Virus record (IMG/VR): IMGVR_UViG_3300042691_040495
Location: 1 to 64,000 of that record
Reading direction: 5' to 3' (one strand)
Source of the DNA: a virus
Length of the DNA: 64,000 nt
The notes beneath the pieces were generated by a model. It had not been told where the DNA came from. It saw only the letters and a program-made list of their open reading frames with translations, and ran no database searches. The position numbers were made by a program, and so were the translations under genes. This document shows positions 21,225-30,739 of the stretch, one piece after another. How positions within the stretch are numbered: the stretch's first letter is position 1; the number at the start of each line of letters is the position of its first letter.

Positions 21225-21836
21225 ATGTTAACTACAGAAGATATAAATAATGTATGCATAGGATGGTCAAATAACTCTCATGTTCAATTTTTTACAAAAA
21301 TCTTATCTGATCCAAGAATTAATAATATTTGTATTTGTGGAGTTTATTATGGTAGAGATATTGCTTATATAAAAAATATTAATAATTATCTCTATAATAG
21401 AAATATAAAAATAACAGGCATAGATTTATTTTCTGATGATCCAGGAGCAGACTGGGAAGAACATAAAAAAAATATGACATGGGAAGAATTTTGTGGTATG
21501 CCCAGCCCAACAAAAGAAAAAGCTGAAAATAATTTAAAAAAATTAAACCTATTTGATAACAATATTACATTAATTAAAAATAAAGATTCAGATTTCTTAG
21601 AACAGACTAATGAGCAATTTGATTTTATCTATTTAGATACTGCTCACGACTACAATACTGTTAAAGTATCTATAGATAAAGGTATAAATAAATTGAATAA
21701 TTTTGGCATCATTGGTGGCGATGATTTTGCAGATTCTTCTACATGGGGTGTTAAAAGCGCAGTTGAAAAATCTTTTTATAAATATGAATTAATTGGTTCT
21801 TGTTGGTATACAAATTTTAGAGATTATATTAAATGA
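21225..21836 (+). CDS. Class I SAM methyltransferase (Methyltransf_24-like)
   Basis: GVYYGR, GIDLF, FIYLDTAHDY, GGDD. Confidence 0.85.
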   Translation: MLTTEDINNVCIGWSNNSHVQFFTKILSDPRINNICICGVYYGRDIAYIKNINNYLYNRNIKITGIDLFSDDPGADWEEHKKNMTWEEFCGMPSPTKEKAENNLKKLNLFDNNITLIKNKDSDFLEQTNEQFDFIYLDTAHDYNTVKVSIDKGINKLNNFGIIGGDDFADSSTWGVKSAVEKSFYKYELIGSCWYTNFRDYIK

Positions 21837-22357
21837 ATCATATATTTATTCATGATAAATTAATTTCTGAAATAATATTAATCAAAACTCAAATTTATGA
21901 GGATCATAGAGGAACACTTTATGAGACTTATAATAAAGAACTATTTATTAAAAATGGCATACCAGAAATAGTACAAGAAAAATGTTCACATTCTGAATAT
22001 AAAGTATTAAGAGGATTACACTATCAAAAAGATCCTTACGGACAAGGCAAAATAATTAGATGTAATAGAGGTAAAATTCTTGATGTCGCTGTTGATATTA
22101 GAGAAAACTCAACAACATACAAACAATGGGTTTCTTATGAATTATCAGAATCTAATAAAGATATGATATATATACCACCAGGATTTGCTCATGGAATTCT
22201 AGTATTAAGTGAAGAAGGTGCTGACTTTACTTATTTTACAACCCAAAAACACTATCCAGAATATGAAGTTATATTACAATACAACGACCCCTCAATAAAT
22301 ATTGACTGGCCAATTAAAGATGTAATTCTATCGAATAAGGACAAGGGAAATAAATGA
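21833..22357 (+). CDS. rmlC: dTDP-4-dehydrorhamnose 3,5-epimerase
   Basis: DHRG, VLRGLHYQ, DVAVDIR, IPPGFAHG. Confidence 0.95.
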   Translation: MNHIFIHDKLISEIILIKTQIYEDHRGTLYETYNKELFIKNGIPEIVQEKCSHSEYKVLRGLHYQKDPYGQGKIIRCNRGKILDVAVDIRENSTTYKQWVSYELSESNKDMIYIPPGFAHGILVLSEEGADFTYFTTQKHYPEYEVILQYNDPSINIDWPIKDVILSNKDKGNK

Positions 22358-23097
22358 AAAATTATAGATGTTCTTCTTTTTGTTCGCTATATAAAGGAGA
22401 AAAATTTGTTAAAGGATACATAGAAGACATGTTGAAACAGTCTATCTTTAATGATATTGAATTTATTTTTTTGGACTGCGCTTCTCCAGAAAATGAGAAA
22501 AACTTTATTATCCCATTAACAGAGCAATATTCAAACATTAAATATCATAGACTAGATAATGATCCTGGTTTATATGCGGCATGGAACATAGCAATTCGCA
22601 TGTGCTCGTCAGATATTATTGGAAATTGGAATATTGATGATAGAAAAAATGTAAATAGTTTTGAAATACTGGTAAAATCTTTTGAAAGAGATCCAGAACT
22701 GGATCTAGTATATGGACTTACTTATGTATCTACCATAGCTAATGAAAGATACGAAGATAATAACTATTCTAATATTTATCCTTGCTTACCACACTCTTTA
22801 AAAAATCTATTACTTAATAACAGTCCTCACTGTATGCCTTTGTGGAAAAAGAATTTACATGATAGATTTGGATACTTTGATGAATCGTATAAGACAGCTT
22901 CTGATGGAGATATGTGGTTGCGTTCATGCGTCGGAGGTGCTAAGATATCTTTGGTCAACCATCCGGTGGGTTTGTACTACCATAACCCACAAGGTAGATC
23001 AACAGATCAAAAAACACTACTAGAAATGGTAGCTGAAGTTCAAGAGATGAGAAAAAAGTATATGTCTTATTTAAATTTGGAGAACTCTAATGGATAG
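22354..23097 (+). CDS. GT2-family glycosyltransferase
   Basis: GLYAAWN, NIDD, FDE...SDGDMWLR. Confidence 0.88.
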   Translation: MKNYRCSSFCSLYKGEKFVKGYIEDMLKQSIFNDIEFIFLDCASPENEKNFIIPLTEQYSNIKYHRLDNDPGLYAAWNIAIRMCSSDIIGNWNIDDRKNVNSFEILVKSFERDPELDLVYGLTYVSTIANERYEDNNYSNIYPCLPHSLKNLLLNNSPHCMPLWKKNLHDRFGYFDESYKTASDGDMWLRSCVGGAKISLVNHPVGLYYHNPQGRSTDQKTLLEMVAEVQEMRKKYMSYLNLENSNG

Positions 23098-23233
23098 TTT
23101 TATTGTGATATGTTTGGTAATATCAATACTTGGAGGATCTATTTCTGGAATGACAGAAATATACAGAGAACGAGGAATCAAAACCCAATCCTCAAAAAAT
23201 ATTTTTACCTTCTTATTCTGTGACAAATATTAA
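23090..23233 (+). CDS. 47-aa single-TM protein (not in ORF track)
   Basis: MDSFIVICLVISILGG..., preceded by GGAG; it fills the gap and has a TAATG overlap with the next gene. Confidence 0.6.
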   Translation: MDSFIVICLVISILGGSISGMTEIYRERGIKTQSSKNIFTFLFCDKY

Positions 23234-23763
23234 TGGAAAGACTGAAGAATCAGAGAGTCTATTTAGCAGGAGCCATGGACAGAGTTCCTGATCGGGGATC
23301 AACATGGAGAGACAATATAACCCCATTTCTTAATGATCTCGGTATTGTTGTATTTAATCCTATAAGTAAACCCACAGATATAGGATTAGAAGATAAAGAT
23401 ACTCATGCTATCAAAACTAAACTGAAAGAAAAAGGAAGATACGATGAACTAACATCAATGATGAAAACCATAAGATCTGTTGATCTAAGATTGGTTGATA
23501 TCAGTGATTTTTTAATAGTTAATCTGGATCTAAATACTCATCCGTGTGGAACTTTGGAAGAAATATTTTGGGCAAATCGTCAAAAAAAACCAATAATTAT
23601 ACATATGGTTCAAGGAAAAGGCCATACTCCAGATTGGTTATTTGGAACAATACCTCATCAAATGATATTCTCCACATGGGAGGAAATAAAAGCATACTTG
23701 AATCATATTAACTCATCAGAAAATATAGATTCTTATAAAAGATGGTATTTTTTTTCGGTGTAA
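23233..23763 (+). CDS. Nucleoside 2-deoxyribosyltransferase / nucleotide N-glycosidase-like protein
   Basis: VYLAGAMD, VFNP, DLRLVDISD, GTLEE. Confidence 0.82.
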   Translation: MERLKNQRVYLAGAMDRVPDRGSTWRDNITPFLNDLGIVVFNPISKPTDIGLEDKDTHAIKTKLKEKGRYDELTSMMKTIRSVDLRLVDISDFLIVNLDLNTHPCGTLEEIFWANRQKKPIIIHMVQGKGHTPDWLFGTIPHQMIFSTWEEIKAYLNHINSSENIDSYKRWYFFSV

Positions 23764-23764
23764 G

Positions 23765-23968
23765 ATGCCTAAATATTATATCAAATCTGGTCAAATTAAA
23801 TTTATAGTAGATTGTACAGACCATATTTGCGCCATTCTTGCTGCGCTCACTCACTATAAAGGAAAAGGGGTTTTAACCGGACCCAAAATCTGTGTTAGCG
23901 AACAAGGTTTTGAAGATTTCAGAAAATGGAAATGTTATGATACTGATAAGTATTTGAAAGAAATATGA
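23765..23968 (+). CDS. Hypothetical protein
   Basis: Tightly packed ORF. Confidence 0.65.
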   Translation: MPKYYIKSGQIKFIVDCTDHICAILAALTHYKGKGVLTGPKICVSEQGFEDFRKWKCYDTDKYLKEI

Positions 23969-23969
23969 A

Positions 23970-25094
23970 ATGCAAAAAATTATTAATGAAACTAAGTTAG
24001 ATTTTGATGATGTTCTCATACGACCCAAAAGATCAACATTAAGTAGTAGATCTGATGTATGTATTCAGCGAGAGTTTAGATTTAAATACTCGCCAAGAAA
24101 ATTATTGGCAGTACCAATTATGGTAGCTAATATGGATACTGTTGGCACTTTTGGTATGGCTAAATCACTAGTCAAGCAAAATGCTATCACATGCTTACAC
24201 AAGCACTATTTACCATATGAATATATTGATTTTTATAGCGATCCCAATATTCCTAATAAAGACCTAGTTTTCTATTCCATAGGAACTGGACAGAAAGATC
24301 TAGAAAAACTCTCTTATGTTCACAATCATCTTACAGAAGGTAAACATTGTCCAGGCCCAAATATATGTTTAGATATTGCGAATGGATATACTGAACAATT
24401 TGTAAAAACAGCAGCTCATATCAGAAAACTATTTCCAGAATCTGTTTTAATGGCTGGAAATGTTGTTACTCCAGAAATGACCGAAGAACTAATTATTCAT
24501 GGTCAGGTTGATATAGTTAAGGTTGGTATAGGTTCTGGTAGTGTGTGTACTACTCGTTTAAAAACTGGCGTAGGATACCCTCAATTAAGCGCCGTAATGG
24601 AATGCTCTGACGCTGCTCATGGTCTTGGTGGACATATCTGTTCTGATGGAGGCTGTAAAGTAGTTGGAGACGTTTGCAAAGCATTTGGTGGTAATAGTGA
24701 TTTTGTAATGTTAGGTAGTATGTTCGCTGGAGCAGATGAGTGCGAAGGAGAATGGAAGTATGAATATCTTACTAATATGGGATTTTGGCAACCATTAGAT
24801 CCAGGATATAAATTTGATCCTCCAAAAACAAGAAAAACCACCCTCCAGTATTACGGGATGAGTAGCAAAAACGCTATGAATAAACATCACAACGGTGTTG
24901 CTAAATATAGAACCGCAGAGGGTAAATGCGTTACTGTACCATACAAAGGAACAGCAGAAGAGATACTGCAAGATATTTATGGAGGTATACGAAGCGCCTG
25001 TACTTATATAGGAGCTAACAAGATAAAAGATTTTGGCAAAAAAACAACATTTATACAAGTAAACAATACTCATAATAAGGTATATGAAAAATGA
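23970..25094 (+). CDS. guaC: GMP reductase
   Basis: LDFDDVLIRPKRS, ANMDTVG, KVGIGSGSVCTTR, YYGMSS, GGIRSACTY. Confidence 0.96.
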   Translation: MQKIINETKLDFDDVLIRPKRSTLSSRSDVCIQREFRFKYSPRKLLAVPIMVANMDTVGTFGMAKSLVKQNAITCLHKHYLPYEYIDFYSDPNIPNKDLVFYSIGTGQKDLEKLSYVHNHLTEGKHCPGPNICLDIANGYTEQFVKTAAHIRKLFPESVLMAGNVVTPEMTEELIIHGQVDIVKVGIGSGSVCTTRLKTGVGYPQLSAVMECSDAAHGLGGHICSDGGCKVVGDVCKAFGGNSDFVMLGSMFAGADECEGEWKYEYLTNMGFWQPLDPGYKFDPPKTRKTTLQYYGMSSKNAMNKHHNGVAKYRTAEGKCVTVPYKGTAEEILQDIYGGIRSACTYIGANKIKDFGKKTTFIQVNNTHNKVYEK

Positions 25095-26149
25095 AAATAA
25101 ACTATTCTGGACCAATTAATAATACTGGGTATGGTCTAGCATCATTAAATATTCTAAAAGAATTATCAAAAATAGCTGATGTAACTTATTTTCCTATAGG
25201 TAATCCGGCCGTTAATAATCAAAACGACTACAACGCCGTTCTACCGTTGCTGCAAAAAAGAATGCAATTAGATATTAATGCACCTAATTTTAGAATATGG
25301 CATCAATTTGATTTATTAGATCATATTGGACGAGGCAAATATATTGCTTATCCATTTTTTGAATTAGATTCATTTAATGATTTTGAAAAAATTAATTTAA
25401 AAGTTCCAGATATAGTTTGTGTTAGTAGCAAATGGGGCCAGCAAGTTCTTCATAATAATGGTATAGAATCACCATCTTGCGTTGTTCCGCTAGGAGTAAA
25501 TAGAGAAATATTTAATAACAATATAAAATCCAATAGAAAAGATGATAAATATGTATTTCTGAATATAGGAAAATGGGAGGTACGTAAAGGTCACGATTTA
25601 TTATTTAATATTTTCAATACAGCATTTCCAAATGAAAAAGATGTTGAATTATGGATTTTAGCATCAGAAAAAACTAATAGCTATTCTTCAAGCGATGAGC
25701 TTACACAGTGGAAAACTATGTATGCTTCTGACAGAGTTAAACTTTTCTCTGGTTTTGAAACTCAAGAAGAAATTGCTCAATTAATAGCAAACTCTGATTG
25801 TGGATTATATCCCTCAAGAGCAGAAGGATGGAATTTGGAGTTATTGGAAACTATGAGCATGGGCAAACCAGCAATAGCAACAAATTATTCTGCGCATACA
25901 GAATTTTGTACATCTGATAATTCTTACTTGGTAGATATAGAAGAAACAGAAAAAGCTTTTGATGGAAAAGCATTTCAAGGACAGGGTAATTGGGCTAAAT
26001 TAGGTAAAAATCAAATTGATAATATTATTGATCATATGAGATTTGTTTACAAAAATAGGCTAAATGTAAATCCAAATGGAATAGAAACGGCCAAAAAGTA
26101 TTCTTGGGCAAATGCAGCAGATCAAGTTATGAGGTGTATTTCTAATTAG
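25091..26149 (+). CDS. GT4-family glycosyltransferase
   Basis: RKGHDLL and PSRAEGWNLELLE (E-x7-E). Confidence 0.92.
   Translation: MKINYSGPINNTGYGLASLNILKELSKIADVTYFPIGNPAVNNQNDYNAVLPLLQKRMQLDINAPNFRIWHQFDLLDHIGRGKYIAYPFFELDSFNDFEKINLKVPDIVCVSSKWGQQVLHNNGIESPSCVVPLGVNREIFNNNIKSNRKDDKYVFLNIGKWEVRKGHDLLFNIFNTAFPNEKDVELWILASEKTNSYSSSDELTQWKTMYASDRVKLFSGFETQEEIAQLIANSDCGLYPSRAEGWNLELLETMSMGKPAIATNYSAHTEFCTSDNSYLVDIEETEKAFDGKAFQGQGNWAKLGKNQIDNIIDHMRFVYKNRLNVNPNGIETAKKYSWANAADQVMRCISN
26133..26146 (+). promoter_or_regulatory. GGTGTAT motif (candidate phage promoter)
   Basis: ggtgtatttctaat, before 26160. Confidence 0.6.
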
Positions 26150-26159
26150 GAGAAAATAT

Positions 26160-26675
26160 ATGCCAATTCCATCAAAACACGAAAACGAAGATAAACAGAA
26201 ATTCATTGCTCGTTGTATGGGTGATGAAGTTATGAAAAAAGACTATCCTGACACCAAACAAAGGGTTGCTATCTGTTTGGGTCAAACTAAGAAAAAATCA
26301 GAGTCATCCATATTAGAAGAAGTTACTGATAACTTATTAGCTTCTAATTGCGATTGGGATGATGAATGGGATGAATTTGTATGGGAAATTGAAGCAGATT
26401 TGATATATGACGAAGAAGATAAACTAATTGCTGCCGAAAAAAACGGTAGAAAAGTAACATTAAATAAACCTTTTAGAACTCCGGATGGACCAAAAAAATT
26501 TAGCGTATATGTAAAAAATGACAAAGGTAACGTTGTCAAAGTTAATTTTGGTGATCCAAACATGAAAATAAAAAAGAATATTCCAGAAAGACGCAGGAGC
26601 TTCAGAGCAAGACATAACTGTGACAATCCCGGCCCCAAGTGGAAAGCAAGATACTGGTCTTGTAAAGCTTGGTAA
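26160..26675 (+). CDS. Phage protein with DUF6321-like C-terminal domain
   Basis: KFSVYVKN...VNFGDP...SFRARHNC...ARYWSC. Confidence 0.75.
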   Translation: MPIPSKHENEDKQKFIARCMGDEVMKKDYPDTKQRVAICLGQTKKKSESSILEEVTDNLLASNCDWDDEWDEFVWEIEADLIYDEEDKLIAAEKNGRKVTLNKPFRTPDGPKKFSVYVKNDKGNVVKVNFGDPNMKIKKNIPERRRSFRARHNCDNPGPKWKARYWSCKAW

Positions 26676-26696
26676 TTATCTTAAAAGGAAAATTAT

Positions 26697-27299
26697 ATGC
26701 AATCAATAGAAGAACTAATTAAAGCACAAGAAATAACAACAGCCCAAGCAACTGAAACCACAGACCAAGCCGATCAAGTCAGTATATCAGAGCAAAAAGA
26801 AGCAGAACCAGCAAAGTCACAAGAAGTTACGGGGTACACAACAGAGACGGTTATTGAACTTTTAAAAAAATCACTCAATATACACTGGCAACAAACAACG
26901 TCACTTTCTGCACAAGCAATGCATCTGGAGCGTTGGGGATATGCAAAACTATCTGAGGTTTTAAGAAAAGATGCAGAAGAAGAACATCAACATGCTATTA
27001 TTAATTTAAAAAGATTAGAATTTTTTGATGCGGACTATCAACCATTAACAGTTAGTCCACCATCTTGGAAGCGTCACGATATGGTTGCTATGATCCAATA
27101 TAATCTTGCATCAGTCAAAGAGGCATCTTCTGCTGAAAGGGCAACAATTGTTGCTGCGAGAGCGGTTGGCGATGAAATTACTGCCAATATGATGATTCCA
27201 TTACTACAGGGTAGTGAAGATGGTATAGAGCTATATGAAGGTTATTTGAAACTTATTGAACAAATGGGTCTTGACAATTTCTTAAGCATCCAAGTGTGA
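26697..27299 (+). CDS. bfr: Bacterioferritin-like protein with degenerate ferroxidase centre
   Basis: RWGY..L, EEEHQHA and LIEQMGLDNFL align to Bfr. Confidence 0.85.
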   Translation: MQSIEELIKAQEITTAQATETTDQADQVSISEQKEAEPAKSQEVTGYTTETVIELLKKSLNIHWQQTTSLSAQAMHLERWGYAKLSEVLRKDAEEEHQHAIINLKRLEFFDADYQPLTVSPPSWKRHDMVAMIQYNLASVKEASSAERATIVAARAVGDEITANMMIPLLQGSEDGIELYEGYLKLIEQMGLDNFLSIQV

Positions 27300-27303
27300 A
27301 AAG

Positions 27304-27972
27304 ATGACTAAGAATAGACTATTATTTGAAGTTAATTCTCTAATAGGATCTACTAATATAGATAATATCAAATATACCAATGAATCAGTAACTGATCAGC
27401 CAGTATCATCTATTATTAATTTTGATTATAAATCTATTCTTAATCAACCGCCACAGAATAGTAGTTCTTCTACATTGCAAGAATTAATCTACATATCAAA
27501 AATTACTAATAATAGAAATAATGATGATATAGAACTTGTTCATAAAATAGATAAAAATGCAGCATCCTTAGTTATGGATTTTTGCAAAAATCAGAATATT
27601 ATTTTTCCTAAAAAACATTTTGATCATCTATATAGTATAATTAAACCAGTTATACTTAATACGAAATACTATTTTAATAGAGCAAGACCTTATCAATTAG
27701 CCAAATTCTATGGTATAGATATTAATGTTATTCAGACAGACACACACCAAACTCCGTCCTACCCATCAGGGCATACGGTGTATGCTAGATTAGCAGCAAA
27801 TCTTGTTTTAAGGTCTAATCCACAATTCAAATATGAATTGGATCAAATTGTTAACAAGAGTGGTTATGCTAGAGTTTTACAGGGTGTTCATTATCCTTCG
27901 GACAACAAAGCATCTATATTATTCACAAACTATATCTTTGATAAATTAAATACTAAAATAAAGGGTTTATAA
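27304..27972 (+). CDS. PAP2-family phosphatase
   Basis: KYYFNRARP, PSGH, RVLQGVHYPSD. Confidence 0.92.
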   Translation: MTKNRLLFEVNSLIGSTNIDNIKYTNESVTDQPVSSIINFDYKSILNQPPQNSSSSTLQELIYISKITNNRNNDDIELVHKIDKNAASLVMDFCKNQNIIFPKKHFDHLYSIIKPVILNTKYYFNRARPYQLAKFYGIDINVIQTDTHQTPSYPSGHTVYARLAANLVLRSNPQFKYELDQIVNKSGYARVLQGVHYPSDNKASILFTNYIFDKLNTKIKGL

Positions 27973-27973
27973 A

Positions 27974-28891
27974 ATGGACAGAATTTATGATCTATTAAAT
28001 AATGTAGAAAAATCTCTAAAACAACAGTCAGAAAGTACGATTTTGCCAGTTCCCGTCACTACTGTTGAACCATCTATTGATCCAAATACTAAACCAGGAC
28101 TTAAACCTGAATTAATAGATCAAAAAACTAATGATGATTCATTAAATTCTCAAAAACAAAAAATAGATCTCTTAAAAACAAAAAATCCTAATCAACAAAT
28201 TTCCAGACCAAATGGTGATAGCGCCATTGCTATGTCTAAGTTACGATCAGGAGATAAAGTTAAAAATACTAATACCGCATGTATGCATTATGGTAGCGAA
28301 GGTATAGTTCAAGATGTAGAAGAATTACCAGAACATATTGGTTATATTGTTGGATACAAAACTACTAATGCTGGTCAATCATGGACTGTTGATCAATATC
28401 TAAGAAAAACAGAAGATCAATTAACTTTGGTTGACTCTTTTGATGACTATGGGTTAGCAGATATTACTAGACCACCAACATCCATAATGGATTACGATAT
28501 TGAAGAAGCAGACGAAGAAAATGAAACTCCAGAAACAGAAATGACAGAATACAAAAATGATTTCTTTGAGATGAGTGTGGGTTCACTAAGAGCTATAGCA
28601 GCACATGCACAAAAAATTCTAGAGTCATTAGACAACCCCTCAGTTAAAGAAAACTTGACAGAAAGCTGGCTACAGGGTAAAATCGCCATAACTGAGGACT
28701 ACATGAGAACAATTCACGATTTCATCATGTTTGTCACTGAGGCTGCCGATACTATATCTGCTGCTGATAGACCCGGACTTTGGGAAAATATACGAAAGAA
28801 AAAAGAAAAGGAAGGCAAAAATTATAAGCCAGCCAAACCAGGAGATAAAGATAGACCTGATCCGGAACAATGGAAAAAGCTTACTAAGTAA
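27974..28891 (+). CDS. Modular phage protein (SH3-like domain plus short conserved motifs), possibly virion-associated
   Basis: GDKVKN...HYGSEG, SWLQGKI..EDY, PGLWENIR. Confidence 0.6.
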   Translation: MDRIYDLLNNVEKSLKQQSESTILPVPVTTVEPSIDPNTKPGLKPELIDQKTNDDSLNSQKQKIDLLKTKNPNQQISRPNGDSAIAMSKLRSGDKVKNTNTACMHYGSEGIVQDVEELPEHIGYIVGYKTTNAGQSWTVDQYLRKTEDQLTLVDSFDDYGLADITRPPTSIMDYDIEEADEENETPETEMTEYKNDFFEMSVGSLRAIAAHAQKILESLDNPSVKENLTESWLQGKIAITEDYMRTIHDFIMFVTEAADTISAADRPGLWENIRKKKEKEGKNYKPAKPGDKDRPDPEQWKKLTK

Positions 28892-28932
28892 AGTAAGTCT
28901 TAAAAGAAATTACTAATAAAGGATATTGATTT

Positions 28933-29529
28933 ATGGAAAGACAGTACGATAGTTTAGATACGTATATTAATTTAGCAAAAAAGACCATATCAAAATTTTG
29001 TCCTAAATTTTATAATGGACTTTCAGCAGAAATGTTAAAAAATAATGATGCGATATCGGATGTTGCAACAGCTATTATGTATGCTGATTGGAGATTTGAT
29101 CCGTCAAGAAAAGGAAAGAGCGGTCAAAATAAAACGCTTTACTCGTATCGTAATCAGTGTGCTATATGGGCAATTAAAACTTATGTTACCAATAAGTATA
29201 AGAAAAATTCTGATACTGTTAGTCTAGATTTTAATGTTAAAGAATCAGATCTCTCTATGCATTCAACATTACCGGACCACAGCATATCCGAACCAATTGA
29301 TATTTTGATTGAAAAAGAAGAAACAGCAAATCTAAAAGAAGGCATTAATGATTTACTAACAAATAGTAATCTGTCTGATAAACAACGAGAACAGATCAGA
29401 ATGTACTATCTTGAAAATCATACCCTATCATATATTGGTAAAAAATTTGGTGTCTCTAGAGAAGCAGTAAGACAGAATATTAAAAGAGCAATGGATATTA
29501 TTAGATCATATGATAACTGCCAAGTTTAA
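28933..29529 (+). CDS. Phage-encoded sigma-70 family factor
   Basis: Region 2-like WRFDP...YSY...IWAI; region 4 HTH LSDKQRE...TLSYIGKKFGVSREAVRQ. Confidence 0.85.
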   Translation: MERQYDSLDTYINLAKKTISKFCPKFYNGLSAEMLKNNDAISDVATAIMYADWRFDPSRKGKSGQNKTLYSYRNQCAIWAIKTYVTNKYKKNSDTVSLDFNVKESDLSMHSTLPDHSISEPIDILIEKEETANLKEGINDLLTNSNLSDKQREQIRMYYLENHTLSYIGKKFGVSREAVRQNIKRAMDIIRSYDNCQV

Positions 29530-29857
29530 TTTAATTTCTCCAGTACTAGACGCATCATGTAATAGATATAAGATACTATCGCTTAATACTATAGACTTAG
29601 AACTACCTTCTATTTTTATCGAGGATAATCTAGACATTGACTCGTGTCTTAGTCATATTATTAACAGACATACCGACGGTCACGATATGCATCATAATTT
29701 TAAACTAACTGATGTGGTATTATCTGATATTCTAGAAATTTACTATATTGTTTTTATTACATATGAAACTACTATAAAAGACGCTCATTTAATAGATATA
29801 GAACCAATACTAAATAAGTTACCAAATAATGCTAAAAAAATTCTTTCATTACTTTAA
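29510..29857 (+). CDS. Hypothetical protein
   Basis: Overlapping operonic ORF. Confidence 0.65.
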   Translation: MITAKFNLISPVLDASCNRYKILSLNTIDLELPSIFIEDNLDIDSCLSHIINRHTDGHDMHHNFKLTDVVLSDILEIYYIVFITYETTIKDAHLIDIEPILNKLPNNAKKILSLL

Positions 29858-30212
29858 AAGTTTAATATCTAAAAAAAAGACCGAGGAAAATCTTGGTATA
29901 GTTGTTTCGTTAACAAGTGATTTAAAAATTGATATTGCATTAAAATATCCAAAACTGGATAATTATGATATTAATATAATACCATCTATAGCTGAAAAAT
30001 ATGCTGAATTATTGATCTATATAAATAGCAATGTTTTAAAACATAAACTTCTGGAGACTATTGATGAAAAATCATATCGTTCTAGTGATATGAAAGAAAA
30101 GCTGTTTTTTGATAATGTATTATCTTTTCATGATATCATTAAAAAAGAAATTAAAAAGAATAGCAATACTGGCCCATTAATTAGTCCAATGTCTGTTTTC
30201 AATGCAAGGTGA
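29829..30212 (+). CDS. Hypothetical protein
   Basis: Overlapping operonic ORF. Confidence 0.65.
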   Translation: MLKKFFHYFKSLISKKKTEENLGIVVSLTSDLKIDIALKYPKLDNYDINIIPSIAEKYAELLIYINSNVLKHKLLETIDEKSYRSSDMKEKLFFDNVLSFHDIIKKEIKKNSNTGPLISPMSVFNAR

Positions 30213-30245
30213 TGTTGGAATCCCTGCATTTTCTATTACTATAAA

Positions 30246-30259
30246 GGGGTATTATAGTT
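30246..30259 (+). promoter_or_regulatory. GGGGTAT variant motif
   Basis: ggggtattatagtt, intergenic, 47 nt before 30299. Confidence 0.45.
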
Positions 30260-30298
30260 ATAGATCACAAATTATCCTATTTTATAGAGATACTTATA

Positions 30299-30739
30299 AT
30301 GGATAAAAATAAATTAATTATATGGCAAAAATGGGCCGATCCATTTGGTCAAGAAGATAGTGACGATACATTTGATCCGTATACCGGAGAGTATTATGAT
30401 ACTGAAGATGAAGATGAAGAAGATAATGAACAAAAAAAACAACAAGAGAATTTAATTAAACAACAACAAAAGGCGATCAGAGTAATAGCAACACCAATGG
30501 GTATTATTCCCATGAATGATAATACTGCTAGTGGTAAACTATTTAATTTTTGGATCGGACACACTAACTTTGATATATCTAAAAAAATTGCTGAAATTAT
30601 AGAAAGAACAGATGGAGTAGAAACATTAGATATTTTTACAAGATATAGATTTAGAGTATCAATCGGAAAAGCTTTTGATGATTCAGAAACAATGAGAACA
30701 ATAAATAAAAAAGTATATAGAGAGCTAAACGATGGCTAG
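30299..30739 (+). CDS. Conserved-looking phage hypothetical protein
   Basis: WQKWADP, FNFWIGHTNF, TRYRFRV; acidic tract. Confidence 0.7.
   Translation: MDKNKLIIWQKWADPFGQEDSDDTFDPYTGEYYDTEDEDEEDNEQKKQQENLIKQQQKAIRVIATPMGIIPMNDNTASGKLFNFWIGHTNFDISKKIAEIIERTDGVETLDIFTRYRFRVSIGKAFDDSETMRTINKKVYRELNDG

Noticed and set aside
21155-21250. 31-aa ORF MLALTMQQSAEW...
   Set aside because: It is too short, overlaps the next gene and has no motif; it may be a deletion remnant.
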